Assembly (NCBI RefSeq): GCF_006345805.1
Contig: NC_042999.1
Coordinates: 44,020,001 to 44,084,000, forward strand
Reading direction: 5' to 3'
Length of the DNA: 64,000 nt
Source: Octopus sinensis
Lineage: Eukaryota
In this document: piece by piece, positions 62,657-64,000 of the stretch
How the letters are laid out: each line of letters opens with the position of its first letter
How positions within the stretch are numbered: the stretch's first letter is position 1
The notes under the pieces: generated by a model
The model's input: the letters and a program-made list of their open reading frames with translations, nothing else
Databases searched by the model: none
What the model was told of the DNA's origin: nothing
Translations under genes and position numbers: made by a program

Positions 62657-63917
62657 TGCGTGTGTGTGTGCACTATCATTATGTAAATATTTTTAGTTCA
62701 TACATTGACATCAGAACTGTCACATATAACATGTGACAGGTTTGTAGTAGTTATTTTTGTTGTCCAGTTTATAGTAGTGGAACTGTTTGTACAAACATCT
62801 GATAGCTGATTGAAAGGCTTGTATTGACCTGCAGGCATGGCTCTGGGGTTAAGAGGTACCTTGAGCAAGTGCCTTCTGTCATGTCACAGGTTAATCAGTA
62901 CCATGTGAGTGGGATTTGATAGATCAGGTAGAAGCCTCTGTGTGTGTGTGTGTACACACATATACACACTTACCACAATTTAACCCATGAAACAAATGAC
63001 CTTATCAAATATTTTTTTTAAAGATTAGCTTGTAAGGTTAAGAAGTTCACTTTACAACCACATGATTTTTAGTTCAGTCTCACTGCACAGCACTTTGTAT
63101 AAGTGTCTTCTAATAGTCCTGTACTGAGCAATGCTTTGTGATTGAATTTAGTAAGCGCATATAATAGAAAGTATATCACAAACACACACGCACATGTGCT
63201 CACAGATGTGCATGAACATCCCACAGCTTTGCTTAAGTGAGATGGTGAATGATGCTTACACTCCTTGTCATGACCAGTCCACTCTGCGCTTTCAAAATAC
63301 CAATAGAATAAATGATCCCTTGCTTGAAACAGGTAAGGGTTTTAGTGACAGGAAGAACATCTGGTCATAAATTGCTGCTTCAAATACGGTCCCAACCAAA
63401 GCTGGTATAGAAAAACAACGTTGAGCAAAGGAGCAAATGATATGTGTACATATATACATATGTGTGTTTGTCTGCTGATCGATGCTTGTCTGCTTGTCAG
63501 CGAAGGATATAAACTAATTTTTGTTCTACACTGAGGTATAGATACTCCCTTGTTTCTCTCAACAACAGAAATAAGGTGAGCAATGATACTATTGATCACC
63601 AATTTGAAAAATTATATAAGTAACCCACAAGTCCTGCACTTTGAGTATTTCTAAATATGATGTTCTGTGTGTGAGTATCTAGGTTGAACTTGTTTTGATA
63701 TAGGCTACATTGTGCTAAAATTACTCTGTCAAATGTAATGCTTACATTTTTTCCACATTGTATTAAATGTGAATTTTTAATAATGTAATTGTATATATTG
63801 TAGAGCAGTGTGAGAGGCTGCATCTGGTCAGTTTGAACAATAAACAGGATGAGAATTCTATGAAGCTCTTTCATTGGTTCAGTTTAGTTAGGACAAGACC
63901 TATATTTACACACACAC

Positions 63918-63968
<51 letters not shown>

Positions 63969-64000
63969 ATATATATATATAATATATGGACTGTTTTCCA

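Overview
AT-rich, repeat-dense animal genomic DNA, most likely Octopus (inferred from the SINE families and (TA)n/(CA)n load; no database search was run). The window lies inside one large + strand gene. Only three coding exons are supported (414-581, 14575-14773, 39036-39160; 492 nt, phases 0/0/1/0). They splice in frame into about 164 aa of spectrin-repeat protein (AKAP6/Klarsicht/nesprin-like) across introns of 13,993 nt, 24,262 nt and more than 24.8 kb. Nearly all ORFs in the supplied track are microsatellite or SINE artefacts. The introns hold several tRNA-derived SINE families (my labels A, B, F), an RTE-tailed non-autonomous family (C), TTAA MITEs, Tc1/pogo-like elements, a nested Helitron, decayed CR1, L1/Tx1 and RTE LINE pieces, a BovB-like insertion with a TSD, a Penelope-like pLTR carrying a minimal hammerhead ribozyme motif, and one 100-N gap. 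The best leads are: (i) SINE heads and tails swapped across a central microsatellite, with the putative RTE partner LINE in the same window; (ii) long foldback structures just downstream of the exon 2 and exon 3 donors; (iii) the hammerhead motif; (iv) a candidate alternative first exon and candidate microexons. No CRISPR array, rRNA or true tRNA gene was found. Boundaries of decayed repeats are approximate.
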